From a virus: 64,000 nucleotides of DNA. Positions 1 through 10,621 of this stretch are shown here, in pieces; position 1 is the first letter of the stretch, and the number at the start of each line of letters is the position of its first letter. The notes below the pieces were generated by a model. It saw only the letters and a program-made list of their open reading frames with translations, was not told the DNA's origin and did not search any database. The stretch lies in the IMG/VR virus record IMGVR_UViG_3300020027_000006, positions 1 to 64,000 of that record, one strand, 5' to 3'. Made by a program: the position numbers and the translations under genes.

Positions 1-171
1 AGCGGCAAGCCGAGCTCCTGTGGTCTCATTGCTAAAAAGTTGAACCGCAATAAGCATAGGCATGCTGTGTTTGTCACACAGTTCTGTAAGTTTATCCATA
101 AGAGGAGCAAGCTTCTTTTTAAAGATTGCCTCCCTAGCCTTCTCTAATTTTTGGTCACTAAGTAAATCCAT
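1..171 (-). CDS. hypothetical protein, partial (MDLLSDQKLEKAREAIFKKKL...)
   Basis: ATG at 171 lies 6 nt after a TTGACA..TATACT promoter; reading frame runs off the window. Confidence 0.6.
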   Translation of the reverse strand, partial: MDLLSDQKLEKAREAIFKKKLAPLMDKLTELCDKHSMPMLIAVQLFSNETTGARLAA

Positions 172-202
172 ATGAATAGTATATCACAAATATATAATGT
201 TG

Positions 203-442
203 TCAAGCAAAAAAATCATCATCGCAGTCATCATAATACTCTTCTGTGTGACACTCCTCGTTGCAATCATCATAATCCTCATAAAAATTTGAACAATAAT
301 CCGCGTCCGATAATGAGAGGTCATCCACAGAATAGAAACTCTCATCCAAAATAACTTCTTCTGGATGAGAGCATTCTTCTGTGAAGAAATAAGCTATGAT
401 AGCTAAAAAATCATCACGTATCTGGTCAGACCAACTATTCAT
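203..442 (-). CDS. small acidic Asp/Glu/Cys-rich hypothetical protein
   Basis: ORF track; its TGA stop lies within the next promoter's TTGACA. Confidence 0.5.
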   Translation of the reverse strand: MNSWSDQIRDDFLAIIAYFFTEECSHPEEVILDESFYSVDDLSLSDADYCSNFYEDYDDCNEECHTEEYYDDCDDDFFA

Positions 443-603
443 AACTTCTAAGAATTTCTAACATACGTATCGCTGTAGAGGAAAATTTTCCTGTTTTTGC
501 CATTTGATAGCTTATTATTCTGACCTCACTCCCTCGACCCTCTTTTACAAGTTCTTTTACTTTACTGCGAATTCTGTCCATAGTAGGAGTGCTGTTATCC
601 TCT

Positions 604-1785
604 TCACCAACTGCCGCTGCTTCCTCCTCCACCAAAGTCGCTGCCTCCGCTGAACCCACTGTCACTGCTTGAACTGCTTGAGTCGGAACTACTGGAACTG
701 CTTGAGGAGTAATAACTTTCTCGTCTTCGTTCTTCTTCACGCTCTTCACGTTCTTCACGCTCTCTTCTTTCTTCATCATATTTTTTCCTTTTACGCTCTT
801 GTTCAGCTAATTCTGCTTTACCTTCAGGAGATTCCGACCAAATACGATAACGTTCTGCTTCTATGTCAGCTAACCTTTTTTCTTCCAGTTGACGAGCTTT
901 CTCTTCTTTGACACGATTTTCTTCTTTGACACGATTTTCTTCTAATTTTTTAAGTCGTTTTGTCTCAGCTACTCCATCTGGAGTAAGCAACCAAATACGA
1001 TTCTCTTCTTCTTTTTTAAGTCTTAATACTTCAGCGTCTTTTCGAGCCGCCTCTGCTCGTTCTTTATCCTCACGCTTTGCTTCCGCTTGACTTAAGAATC
1101 TTTGCATTTCTATTGCTTCACGTGTCTTACGTTTATGCCTTGCTATCCCGTATAACCCAACACCCGATAAACCTAGCACTCCCATAACCCCTAAAAAACC
1201 AAACAATAAACCAGTATTGCTTTTGTTATCAGTAGAGGAGACAGAATAAGTATCAGGAGTAGGAGTCGCTATATTTTTCACAGTGACAGCCTCAACAGCA
1301 GAAATAGTAGAAAGAATAGCGTCACGCCAAGCATCAGATGTCCCAGTTTTACTAGCTATTTTAAGTTTTGGCACGAGTGTAGCACGACCAATCGACCCAG
1401 ATTGGCCATCTGTAATGACATACTCCATATGCCTACTTATTTGGAACGCCCATTTACGGTCATCGGTAGCCAGAAAAAGAAGTAGCCCACGTTTTTCCCC
1501 CTCTTTACTTCCAATGCCGTACTCTCTAGCCATTTTAAGACTATAATTGAAAGCTTCATAACTTCCCATAGTCTGAACAGTCGCAACCCCAAACTCCACG
1601 TTATATTTAAGTTTAAATTGATTTAACGTGTTTTGAATAATGGCTTCGTCGGCTTCATTCAAAACATTTGCATGGTCTTGAACAAAAGTGTTTGGCACAA
1701 CAGAAGGAATATTTTGTGCAGTTGCGGACAAAATACCGGAAGCCAGTAATATAAGAAACATTAAGCTGTAATTTATACGTGTCAT
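604..1785 (-). CDS. TPM-domain (YgcG-like) membrane protein
   Basis: Signal peptide, FVQDHANVL...GIGSKE...GLLLFLATDDR TPM motifs, a TM helix, coiled coil, and the typical SGGSDFGGGGSSGSW tail. Confidence 0.85.
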   Translation of the reverse strand: MTRINYSLMFLILLASGILSATAQNIPSVVPNTFVQDHANVLNEADEAIIQNTLNQFKLKYNVEFGVATVQTMGSYEAFNYSLKMAREYGIGSKEGEKRGLLLFLATDDRKWAFQISRHMEYVITDGQSGSIGRATLVPKLKIASKTGTSDAWRDAILSTISAVEAVTVKNIATPTPDTYSVSSTDNKSNTGLLFGFLGVMGVLGLSGVGLYGIARHKRKTREAIEMQRFLSQAEAKREDKERAEAARKDAEVLRLKKEEENRIWLLTPDGVAETKRLKKLEENRVKEENRVKEEKARQLEEKRLADIEAERYRIWSESPEGKAELAEQERKRKKYDEERREREEREEREEERRRESYYSSSSSSSSDSSSSSSDSGFSGGSDFGGGGSSGSW

Positions 1786-2120
1786 TATTTACTCCAATCT
1801 AAAACTAACATTGCCTCATCAGAATTCAAGTTAATATGAGTATCAGAATCCATGTCAGATTCACATATACTAAGCAAAATTTCTGCTTCATTTCTACGTT
1901 TACCTGCATAATACTTCCAATCATTTTGATAACAGGAATTTTTAACTGTATACTCAGCTTCTTCATAAGTGAAATTCCTTCCAAAAAGGAAGTATCTTTT
2001 CTGAGACATCCAGTATTCTATATGATTTTCAAAAAGATGCCTTCTTTCGTCGTCTATACTGGATATACATTTCTTCATAGCCAGTATGACATTAGGTTTG
2101 TAAAAATTTACGGATGCCAT
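1785..2120 (-). CDS. hypothetical protein
   Basis: ORF coupled to both neighbours by stop/start overlap. Confidence 0.65.
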   Translation of the reverse strand: MASVNFYKPNVILAMKKCISSIDDERRHLFENHIEYWMSQKRYFLFGRNFTYEEAEYTVKNSCYQNDWKYYAGKRRNEAEILLSICESDMDSDTHINLNSDEAMLVLDWSK

Positions 2121-2389
2121 TATTTAGTTTTTGAGGAAGATGCGGATAAGGAAGATGAGGTATAAGCAAATACAGCTGCTACAAGATGCACCCAAAACCA
2201 TCCTGTAAAACCCACTGTAGATGCAATAAGTATAAGTACCATAATACGAGGTATAAATATAGACAGAATAACGTCAACCACAAACGGAGTAGGGTTAAGA
2301 GGAACCATACTCTGCATGTATAGAACCAGAAGACTGATACGAGGCACAAACAAAGATGCCACAAGAAAAAGTGTAGTAAGTTCATTCAT
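2120..2389 (-). CDS. small membrane protein
   Basis: About three hydrophobic segments (LFVPRISLL, FIPRIMVLI). Confidence 0.7.
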   Translation of the reverse strand: MNELTTLFLVASLFVPRISLLVLYMQSMVPLNPTPFVVDVILSIFIPRIMVLILIASTVGFTGWFWVHLVAAVFAYTSSSLSASSSKTK

Positions 2390-2393
2390 AATT

Positions 2394-2924
2394 TTATATT
2401 CTCCCCATATGACTCATGATAACAACTAACAGTATGGCTATTGTTATAATATTGTCTATTGGCTGCCAAATTTTGAATGTTTCAGACTCTATGCCAAATA
2501 TTTTCCCTAAAGCTGCGGTCAGAAAACTTAATCCAAACATAATTAAAAAATATTGATATTGAGGAGTAAATAACCCAAAAAACATCCAAACAAGATAACC
2601 TACAGAAAGAAATATAAGTGCTAGTCCTGCCAACACGCTTACTATACTTCCTGCAATAATTTCTTTAGCTTCTTTTTGTGAGTCTGATAATTCAAGAACA
2701 CGCTCTGCAAATTCTTTGGAACTTATTTCTTTTTCCGCAGGCACCTCATTTATTTTTGAGTCTATGACTTCCAGTTTCTCTTTAGCTACTTGTACTTTTC
2801 CTTCGAGTTCTTTAACATATTTATTAAAAAAAGATGATGGACGAAAGCCTAGCAATGCCATTACTTCAAGAAATAAAGGGAACACCGCAAACAAGAAAAA
2901 AAGGTTTATTAGAAAATTTTCCAT
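2394..2924 (-). CDS. membrane protein
   Basis: About four hydrophobic segments; leaderless promoter directly upstream. Confidence 0.7.
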   Translation of the reverse strand: MENFLINLFFLFAVFPLFLEVMALLGFRPSSFFNKYVKELEGKVQVAKEKLEVIDSKINEVPAEKEISSKEFAERVLELSDSQKEAKEIIAGSIVSVLAGLALIFLSVGYLVWMFFGLFTPQYQYFLIMFGLSFLTAALGKIFGIESETFKIWQPIDNIITIAILLVVIMSHMGRI

Positions 2925-2962
2925 GACATTATCTTACCACAATGTCAATACCTTGTCAAGAG

Positions 2963-3187
2963 TTATTTTCTATCCTCTTGTAACACTAAACTACGTAATA
3001 AAAGAGTTGCTCGGCTTTCTAGCCACTTTAGATGTATTTTCGCTCTACAAGACAAGCAGTTAGTCGTGTCGTCTGTGACTTCTGACACTTCTTCAGGAAC
3101 TGGAGAGCAAACATAAGGTTTTTCACTGTATTCTGTTATTTTCTTAGTTGCTCCTTCTTCAATTGTCCAGTTTTCGTTGTTTTTCAT
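2963..3187 (-). CDS. hypothetical protein
   Basis: ATGA overlap with the upstream gene. Confidence 0.5.
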   Translation of the reverse strand: MKNNENWTIEEGATKKITEYSEKPYVCSPVPEEVSEVTDDTTNCLSCRAKIHLKWLESRATLLLRSLVLQEDRK

Positions 3188-3906
3188 AGGTCTTTTATTT
3201 TTATAGGGTTGCGGAAGCTGTCTTTGTCAAAACCATGCTGCTGTATCTTATATTTGTCAGAAATTTCTAAAATTTCAGGTTCTTTGGCAAGTTGATTGCC
3301 TACATAAATAGATATTTCTTGAAAAGCAGAGTAAGAATCTTTAATTTTATAGAATTGAAACTCTTTAAGAAGAATATTTGTTCGTAAAGTTGTTTGTCTG
3401 CGGTTTATTTGCTCTTTAGTTATTTCAGGTATATCAGAGCTAGTTAAATATTCTTTACTTACTATAAATACAGGAGTATTATATTCTATAAAAGTTTTGT
3501 CATTTTTAAAATCCGAATATCTATCAAAAAATTGTTTGCTGCTGCTTTTACTACTATATCTTCTGTATGAATACTCTTTTTTAAACTGAGTTTTCCATGT
3601 TTTATAGTCTTTATAGTTATAAAAGAAGTACTCGCCTTCATTATCCTGACAATGAGCTAAAGGATACAATTGTCCGCAAAACCCTATTATATGAAAATCT
3701 GTAACAGGTTTAACGAGATTTCCGTTGGAGTCCCTATATGCTTGATAGTTATATCCGTTAGGAAAATCAAACTCTTGAGTACTGTTCCACGAACCAGTAT
3801 ATATAATAATATTTATACTTTCTGTACGATAAAAATGAAGTTCAGGGTCTATACCAAAAGAAACTGCACTGTCATAATAATCTCGTTCTTTACTGTATAT
3901 TTTCAT
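3184..3906 (-). CDS. hypothetical phage protein (MKIYSKERDYYD...)
   Basis: 240-aa ORF within the operon. Confidence 0.7.
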   Translation of the reverse strand: MKIYSKERDYYDSAVSFGIDPELHFYRTESINIIIYTGSWNSTQEFDFPNGYNYQAYRDSNGNLVKPVTDFHIIGFCGQLYPLAHCQDNEGEYFFYNYKDYKTWKTQFKKEYSYRRYSSKSSSKQFFDRYSDFKNDKTFIEYNTPVFIVSKEYLTSSDIPEITKEQINRRQTTLRTNILLKEFQFYKIKDSYSAFQEISIYVGNQLAKEPEILEISDKYKIQQHGFDKDSFRNPIKIKDL

Positions 3907-3915
3907 ATTTTATTT

Positions 3916-5692
3916 TCAGACACAGAAACTCCAAGGATGTAGATACCAACAGTCTTTAGTATACTTATATTCTAGTTTCCAATCAAAAATTTCATTTAAC
4001 AGAACTATGACACGTGCTTTTGGTATCATTTTAAAATCATAAATATCCCAAGCAGTAGGAGGGTCAACAAATTCAACATACAATGACCAAGTTATTGCTA
4101 TGTATTCACATAACTCTCTGTCACTTAATTCTCCGCCAAATTCAAATATTTCTGCTCGTCGTTCATCCGTCATTTTTATTATGTTTTTGCTCTCCTAGAG
4201 CAGCACCGATTAGTACAAAAACAGCTATTGTAACGATGCCTAAACCTTTTCTGTCCTCTTGCGTCCAACGAATAAAATATATTTCTCCTGTTACAAATGA
4301 AAGATACAGATAACCTATTACAAATACAATAAAAGGAAAAAAGAAGATGTCAAAATATGCTTTAAGAAATTTGTTCATTGATTTACCTCTTTATATCGGT
4401 CATAGCTGCCATAACAATCGTATTCTTTATAGCCGTCTGCGTTTACTACCAAGAGATTGAATATTGTTGACAAGTGCGGATGTTGCCGTCTGTAATTTCT
4501 TCAAGGTCATTGAGATTGATAAGACGTTTTATTGAACCCCAGAACAGCTCAATTGCAGTGGTTTTATTTTTAGTAGAAAACGGAGGTCGGTACTCAATGA
4601 GTCCTATATTTAGACCACCAGCATCCCCTAAATAAACTTTATAACCGGCGTCACCAGTAAATTTATGTGGGTCTACATGTTTTTTAAAATCTGACAGGGT
4701 AGTTAGATTTTCACCATCATACAAACCTTTTTCAGTTAGTATGCTTTTGACTTTTCTAAGATGTGCATCAATTGCGAAATCGTTTTCCATTAATAACTCC
4801 AGTCTCCTCTCGTAAGTTTATATGTAGGATTACTACTCAACATAAATTTGCTTATCAGTGAGGTAAGAATTTTTCTTTCATCTTCGCGAAAGAGTTGTAA
4901 AAGAGTAGACTCCGCAGATTCTTGAATTACTTCATTCGGAGATAATACATTTTCATTTTTCAGTGCATTTTCATCTTTCAGCTTAACTAAGGCAGTAATA
5001 AACTCAACTATATTTTCTTCAGTTAGTTGATAACTAAGATTTTCACTGTTCACTTCTACTACAAATCGTTTTGTTACGTCTTTACTGTAATTTATCATTG
5101 TTTTGGAGACACTACTTTTTTTGCCCTCTGAAGTTTCTTTATTACTTTACGCAAATTACTATCAAAAAATAACGGAACATGTACTTTCTCTAAAAACTCC
5201 ATAAGTAATTTATATTCATCAATACTTAACCGTTTAATTTGAAATGTAGTTCTACTTTCTTCGTCTCTAGACTCCTCGTCCAGTGTGTCCTGAACATAAC
5301 TAGCTGAACTTCCCATAATTTTCTCCTTAAAGACAGATATTTTCAAAATATCTTACCTTATCTAATCGTATATTTAAATATCCTGATTTAAATACAGTGC
5401 TTTCTACCTCTTCTAATTCTTCAATATATGGTTGAACTGCCTCTGAGATAGTTTCAGGAGCTTTGCGAACCATACTGGCAAATTTATCTATTTGAATACA
5501 GTAATCCCCCATATGAACCTCTCTAGGAGAGTTAATCCCCACACATTTTTTGTAATACTCAGTGTTCAAAGGAGAATCATTTATTTTACGCAAGTTTATT
5601 TCAACATCAAACTCCATAAATAAAGCAACAGCAAATTGAAATTCTATCTTCCTGCGGACAAATTGAGAATAAGAGAGGTGTACTGGCATCAT
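3916..5692 (-). CDS. six small hypothetical ORFs (3916-4173, 4163-4378 membrane, 4446-4790, 4790-5098, 5095-5346, 5327-5692)
   Basis: Co-oriented, closely packed ORFs with overlapping stops/starts. Confidence 0.6.
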
Positions 5693-5798
5693 ATTTTACT
5701 TACTCCGAACTGTGAGAGTCTTTATATCTTATAATCTTTTCCTTAAGTATTTGTTTATCACTTTTACTCACTTATGTTAAGTCATTTGTTGAACTTTT

Positions 5799-6878
5799 CT
5801 AAAGTACTTCTTTTATCGCTCTTCCTGTCAAAAGCATTAGAAGTCTGTCCACACCCAAGCCTGCACCCCAAGTCGGAGGCAAACCATACTTTAAAGCCTC
5901 TATATAATCCATATCAATTACATCCTGTCTTTCAAAAGCCTCCAATTGTTGCCTCCAATCATCTTGTTCTGAATAGATGTTTGCTATTTCCATTCCTCCG
6001 CAGTAAATCTCATACCTTTCTGGTCTTCCGTCTCCACCAATTTTTGCTAAAGGAGAATCCTCAACAGTAAAATCAGACATTATTGTTGGTTGAATTGCTT
6101 CTTCTTCAATGAAGGGATTATTTGCGTATACAAACTTAGACCAATCAATGCCTCTAACTGTTGTAGTCCCAAAAATATTTTGGACTGTCTCACTTACCAA
6201 CTGCTTAAAAATTTCTAAACCGTCTTTTGCTGTTCCGCCTAAATAAAATTCTAACATAGTAAATTCTGGATTATGGCGTTGAGATAATCCTTCATTTCTA
6301 AAAGATTTTCCTATTTCATAAATTCCAGTTCCACCAAATCCTCCGACAATTAGCTTTTTTAATTCTAATTCTGGAGCAATACGGAGAAAATACTCCTCAG
6401 TCTTAAAAGGTTTCGCATCACAACCGAACGCATTTTCTATAAGAGTAGGTGTTTGCACCTCTATAAAGCCCCTGCCATCAAGAAATTTGCGTATAGACGA
6501 TAAGACCTTTGCACGAAGCAGTATTGTGTCCCTATAACTAAGGTCGCGTTCCTTAGAAACAATTTCAGAAAGTAACGCTAAATGCTTGTTCTTACGTGAC
6601 TTATCTACACTAACTCCTGATATTCGGTCAGGTAGACCTAGCTCACATTTTCTTAGTAAGTTTAACTCAAGTAATCTAAGTGTATTCTCACCTGTTTTAG
6701 TAACAAACATTTCACCAGAGCAAGAAATGATGTCTCCTTGTGAGAGACTGATAAATTTACTCCAAGTTGATAAGTCACTCTTGGAAAACAGTTGTTGATA
6801 TTTTCCATCTGAAAACAGATGAACGAAGGCCAGCTTACCCATTTTACGTGGAGCACTTGTAATTCTACCGATTAGCAT
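5799..6878 (-). CDS. lysS: compact class II lysyl-tRNA synthetase (ORF track extends to 6956; homology starts near MLIGRIT)
   Basis: OB-fold RKMGKLAFVHL, then FIEVQTP, LRIAPELELKKLIVGG, YEIGKSFRNEG..RHNPEFTMLEFY, YGLPPTWGAGLGVDRL. Confidence 0.92.
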   Translation of the reverse strand: MLIGRITSAPRKMGKLAFVHLFSDGKYQQLFSKSDLSTWSKFISLSQGDIISCSGEMFVTKTGENTLRLLELNLLRKCELGLPDRISGVSVDKSRKNKHLALLSEIVSKERDLSYRDTILLRAKVLSSIRKFLDGRGFIEVQTPTLIENAFGCDAKPFKTEEYFLRIAPELELKKLIVGGFGGTGIYEIGKSFRNEGLSQRHNPEFTMLEFYLGGTAKDGLEIFKQLVSETVQNIFGTTTVRGIDWSKFVYANNPFIEEEAIQPTIMSDFTVEDSPLAKIGGDGRPERYEIYCGGMEIANIYSEQDDWRQQLEAFERQDVIDMDYIEALKYGLPPTWGAGLGVDRLLMLLTGRAIKEVL

Positions 6879-7074
6879 ATAATTGAAAACTGAACATTGA
6901 AAATTGAAAATTGAAGCCATTGTTCTGAGGCGTCCCGGAATCCGGGATTCAGTCATAAATCTTAAATAAGAATCTACAGCCTCAAATTCTTAAGACTTCT
7001 TAAATCAAATTCAGGTAAAGTAGAAACTCTGTGTCGTTTCAACCATTTTTTATTACAGAGTCAGCATGCATAAT

Positions 7075-7696
7075 TTATTTTTCAGTGTATTCGTTTAACA
7101 TCCCATCCTCATTTTCAATACATGGATTCTCTGTGACAACTCCATAACTTCCATCTTTAAAGGTGACGCGATATTTTCCATCGCTCTGTTTATACCCAGA
7201 AAACTCACTCAACTTAATTTTAACCTTGCTTCCGTTAATTTTTGTAACTATAACCATGAGCTATTTACTTATTGTTTTTGATTTATTTCTGAGACTCTCT
7301 ACAAATAAAGCAGTAAGTTTGGCAAAATCTTTTGCTTGCATTTCACTTCTCCAGTTAGGGTCTGGGTTATAAAATTTGAATGCTTCCAATTCTAACTCAC
7401 TCAATCCTTCTGGTATTTCGTAGCTTCGCGGAGCAAAAACAGGGCAAATTATATCATGCCAATCTGGTTTTATACTTTCCGGTTTACTTAAGTTTTCCAC
7501 TCCACAATTACATTTACTCATCTTTATCTTTATATTTTGATTTACGGCCTACTGTATCAGCCTTTTGAGATTTCTTTTTGTCTTTAAAAATTCTGACCAC
7601 ACCTCCAGTGGAGGTTATCATGTCTTTTATTTTTTCATCCCGAACTCTAATTTTATTAGGGTCAATTGTAAATCTGTTTTTATCCCTCTTAGACAT
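7075..7696 (-). CDS. three small hypothetical ORFs (7075-7257, 7261-7521, 7514-7696)
   Basis: Operon behind a leaderless TTGACA-17-TATACT promoter at about 7703-7731. Confidence 0.6.
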
Positions 7697-7746
7697 AAAT
7701 AAAGTATAGCAAACAAATTAAATTTTGTCAAGATAAAACTTCCAGT

Positions 7747-8478
7747 TTACGTATCATCATCGTGTATTAACCAAGAAAGATTAAACTCCCCTTCTTTTGG
7801 TCTGGTCTGAACTTCCTCAATTTCTTTATTGTCTTTTACTTCTACCCCGAATCCTGCTAGTGGGTTTACGTTTATCTCTTCTGCATCCACACCTTCTCGT
7901 ACATAACCCTCTGCTAGAGCAAAAGCTAATTCACATCGTGCTTCAGCCTCAGTAAGTTGATGTTGACCTGAAAAAAGTGCTCCATCGTAGCCTTTTTCAA
8001 CTGAGTACAGTCCGATTGTGTACTCCGCTAGACGGAAAAAAGATTTACCTTTATAATAGATTCCAAGTGCTTTCTCTCGAGCCAGTGCAGTACGTTTAGA
8101 AAGATGTATCGCAGTCTCTTTTTCTACCTCTTCTCGAGTCACGCCTTTGAATACACGTGTATATCCTTTTTCAAGAGTACCTGTAAAGCGTTTAATCGCA
8201 TCAGGACGCTCCAGAACCTCTTCTTCTACCTCACCGTCCACCTCGCCTTTACGCCACACCACAGAGCCCTCCAGCGGTTCTCCGTCTTTGGTCTTACCAG
8301 AATGATATAATTCAAAGAATAATTTCCGTGAGTAGTTTTCATATCTGCCATAAACACAAAAAAACTTCTGAATCAGCATCTTTTTGAATTCTTCAATAGA
8401 CAGACCTTCAAACTCTTTTGCAATTTCACCTGCATCGTTTGCTTTGGTCAGAGACCGTTTTGTATCCGCACTTGACAT
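7747..8478 (-). CDS. hypothetical protein
   Basis: 243-aa ORF with GGAG SD; ends NLSWLIHDDDT. Confidence 0.7.
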   Translation of the reverse strand: MSSADTKRSLTKANDAGEIAKEFEGLSIEEFKKMLIQKFFCVYGRYENYSRKLFFELYHSGKTKDGEPLEGSVVWRKGEVDGEVEEEVLERPDAIKRFTGTLEKGYTRVFKGVTREEVEKETAIHLSKRTALAREKALGIYYKGKSFFRLAEYTIGLYSVEKGYDGALFSGQHQLTEAEARCELAFALAEGYVREGVDAEEINVNPLAGFGVEVKDNKEIEEVQTRPKEGEFNLSWLIHDDDT

Positions 8479-8487
8479 TATTTTCTC

Positions 8488-8787
8488 CTACCTCCCACCA
8501 AGCCAATCTTGAAACGCCATAACTTTCTGAAAACCACCTTCAGTAAGTGGCACAGTGTTAATGTCAACTTCTATCCAGCCTAATCTCGTAAAAGACTGAA
8601 GATAAGAATGAACATCCTCCTCATCTACTAAAACATGGCATTCGGATGCAAATCCTACTACTCCGAAAGTATACATATATGGCTGCATTTCTTGATTCCG
8701 TTCAAGCTGTGCAAAACACTGTCTTTTTCGAGAGTCTAAGCCTTCATATCTTATTATATTTGTCATAACATCCTCTAAACTATACAT
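8488..8787 (-). CDS. W-tag family small protein
   Basis: Ends AFQDWLGGR. Confidence 0.65.
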   Translation of the reverse strand: MYSLEDVMTNIIRYEGLDSRKRQCFAQLERNQEMQPYMYTFGVVGFASECHVLVDEEDVHSYLQSFTRLGWIEVDINTVPLTEGGFQKVMAFQDWLGGR

Positions 8788-8939
8788 AGTATATCATAGA
8801 AATAAAATTTTGTCAATCATTCATTTTAAAGTATTAATTGGTTTAGGAGTTATTGTTTCGAGGCTATGAATTAATTCTTCGAATGCTGTCACACATAACA
8901 CACAGTTTTTTGTAGGTAATGTAGGTAATGTTAATTTTA

Positions 8940-9413
8940 TCATTTAGTTAACCAAGAATGGAGATTATTTTTATACGGCTCTAGAGCAATGTCCACTTCT
9001 TCAAACATATCCTCACAGTAAAATTCGTAATCAAATATAATATCTTCATTGGCTGCCCAAATATCATAAGATTCAAGATTTTTAATGTCTATCCTGTAAA
9101 CATTTCCTGTAGGGCTGCCGCTGCTGTCTATTACTTGACTTACAGTACCTTTTACAGTACCTTTTTCCCCTGTATATTTAACAATTATTCTGTCATTAAA
9201 TAAAAATTCATTTCTTGAAAATACAGTACCCTCAGCAGATATTATATCTCTCCACCCTAACCAAAGATTTGAATGAGTTGTTTCAACTTTATATGAAAGA
9301 TAATCTCTAGAATTAAAGTAATCAACGAATATTATTTTCCCTGTATGGTAAAAATACTTATTATTGTCTTTAACTCTGATTATCACCAAGTCATTTTCTT
9401 TAAATTCTCTCAT
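8940..9413 (-). CDS. KOW/SH3-like W-tag protein
   Basis: FKENDLVIIR start; ends NLHSWLTK. Confidence 0.7.
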   Translation of the reverse strand: MREFKENDLVIIRVKDNNKYFYHTGKIIFVDYFNSRDYLSYKVETTHSNLWLGWRDIISAEGTVFSRNEFLFNDRIIVKYTGEKGTVKGTVSQVIDSSGSPTGNVYRIDIKNLESYDIWAANEDIIFDYEFYCEDMFEEVDIALEPYKNNLHSWLTK

Positions 9414-9652
9414 TTTAACCAGTTATGTATGCTTACTGATGTCTCCGAATCTATAAGAATTATCTCATGTTCATGCAATGTAAATCTCTTAAGTTTATTA
9501 TTTAAAGTTCTGTACTCTATTGTTACCCAATAACCAGATTCATTGGAGAAAAACACATTGGTAACAATTTTCTTGGCACTGTCCGCACCTTTTCCTCGTA
9601 AATGTTTACGATTTAAAATATCTACTTCATCGCCCTTTTGAAATTTAGACAT
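9410..9652 (-). CDS. KOW/SH3-like W-tag protein
   Basis: FQKGDEVDI start; ends SIHNWLK. Confidence 0.7.
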   Translation of the reverse strand: MSKFQKGDEVDILNRKHLRGKGADSAKKIVTNVFFSNESGYWVTIEYRTLNNKLKRFTLHEHEIILIDSETSVSIHNWLK

Positions 9653-10590
9653 TACAGTTCCAGAACAGTGTACACTTTTTCCATAGTTTCACTCGCCCTT
9701 GAACGTGCATAGATTCTCCCTTCTTCAAGTCTATTTTGAACATCGTTGTCTGTTATAGACTCCATAGAGTTAGTTATGCTTCCAGTTAATAAAAATAATC
9801 TGGATAATATATCATCTTTTAATTCGGAATAACTACCACCTAAAAACTCTTCGTCTCCAAAACCTAGCTGCTTTCTTATATTTAAAAGATTTTTCACCCC
9901 TTCATCCGAGTAATCAATTTTACCTGCTGTTGTACGTGCGGATTTAATCTTTTTTTGTATGACCTCAAATGTATCTGTTAAATACAGTACTCCTTTTGGA
10001 TTAGGGTCAGATTTTGACATTTTAAATTCTGGTGTAGTTAAAGAAAGAATACGAGTATCCTCAACAACACCTGCCGGTACAGTAAACGTATTAGGAAATA
10101 ATTTATTAAACCGTTTAGCAAGTAAAATTGCTAATTCGAGATGTTGAATCTGGTCATGGCCTACTGGTACAAAGTGAGTATCATACAATAGTATATCAGC
10201 CGCCATTAACACTGGGTAGCTGAAAAGACCTAAGTTTTCTCGTGGTTGATTTAATTGCTTAACCTTAAACTGTGTCATTCGTTCAAGCTCACCCATACGA
10301 ACGTAACAACTAAGTATCTGACACAATTGAGAGTGTTCTGGAACGTCTGATTGTACAAAAATATCTGATTTAATTCCGCAAGCCATTAAAGTTTTTGCAA
10401 GACGCAGAGTTTTATTTTTTAAACCTGTCTGCGGAACAGTTAATGAGTGCAGATTAGCAATACAGACTAAACCTGTAAAACTTAATTCTAAGTTAATAAA
10501 AGGTTTTACAGCACCAAAATAATTACCTAGATGAAGTTCACCTGTTGGCTGTATTCCTGTAAATAAATTTCCTTTAATCTTATTCTTCAT
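9652..10590 (-). CDS. trpS: tryptophanyl-tRNA synthetase
   Basis: TGIQPTGELHLGNY (HIGH-like), YPVLMAADILLY, VPVGHDQIQHLE, KMSKS. Confidence 0.95.
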   Translation of the reverse strand: MKNKIKGNLFTGIQPTGELHLGNYFGAVKPFINLELSFTGLVCIANLHSLTVPQTGLKNKTLRLAKTLMACGIKSDIFVQSDVPEHSQLCQILSCYVRMGELERMTQFKVKQLNQPRENLGLFSYPVLMAADILLYDTHFVPVGHDQIQHLELAILLAKRFNKLFPNTFTVPAGVVEDTRILSLTTPEFKMSKSDPNPKGVLYLTDTFEVIQKKIKSARTTAGKIDYSDEGVKNLLNIRKQLGFGDEEFLGGSYSELKDDILSRLFLLTGSITNSMESITDNDVQNRLEEGRIYARSRASETMEKVYTVLEL

Positions 10591-10621
10591 ATACTTAATA
10601 TAACATAAAAATAGACTTTTG

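Noticed and set aside
435-779. 114-aa ORF overlapping the TPM gene
   Set aside because: The overlapping part is a shadow of low-complexity sequence; only 435-581 may be real
5799-6956. EpmA (GenX) instead of LysRS
   Set aside because: It retains the anticodon-binding OB fold and the LRIAPEL motif of LysRS
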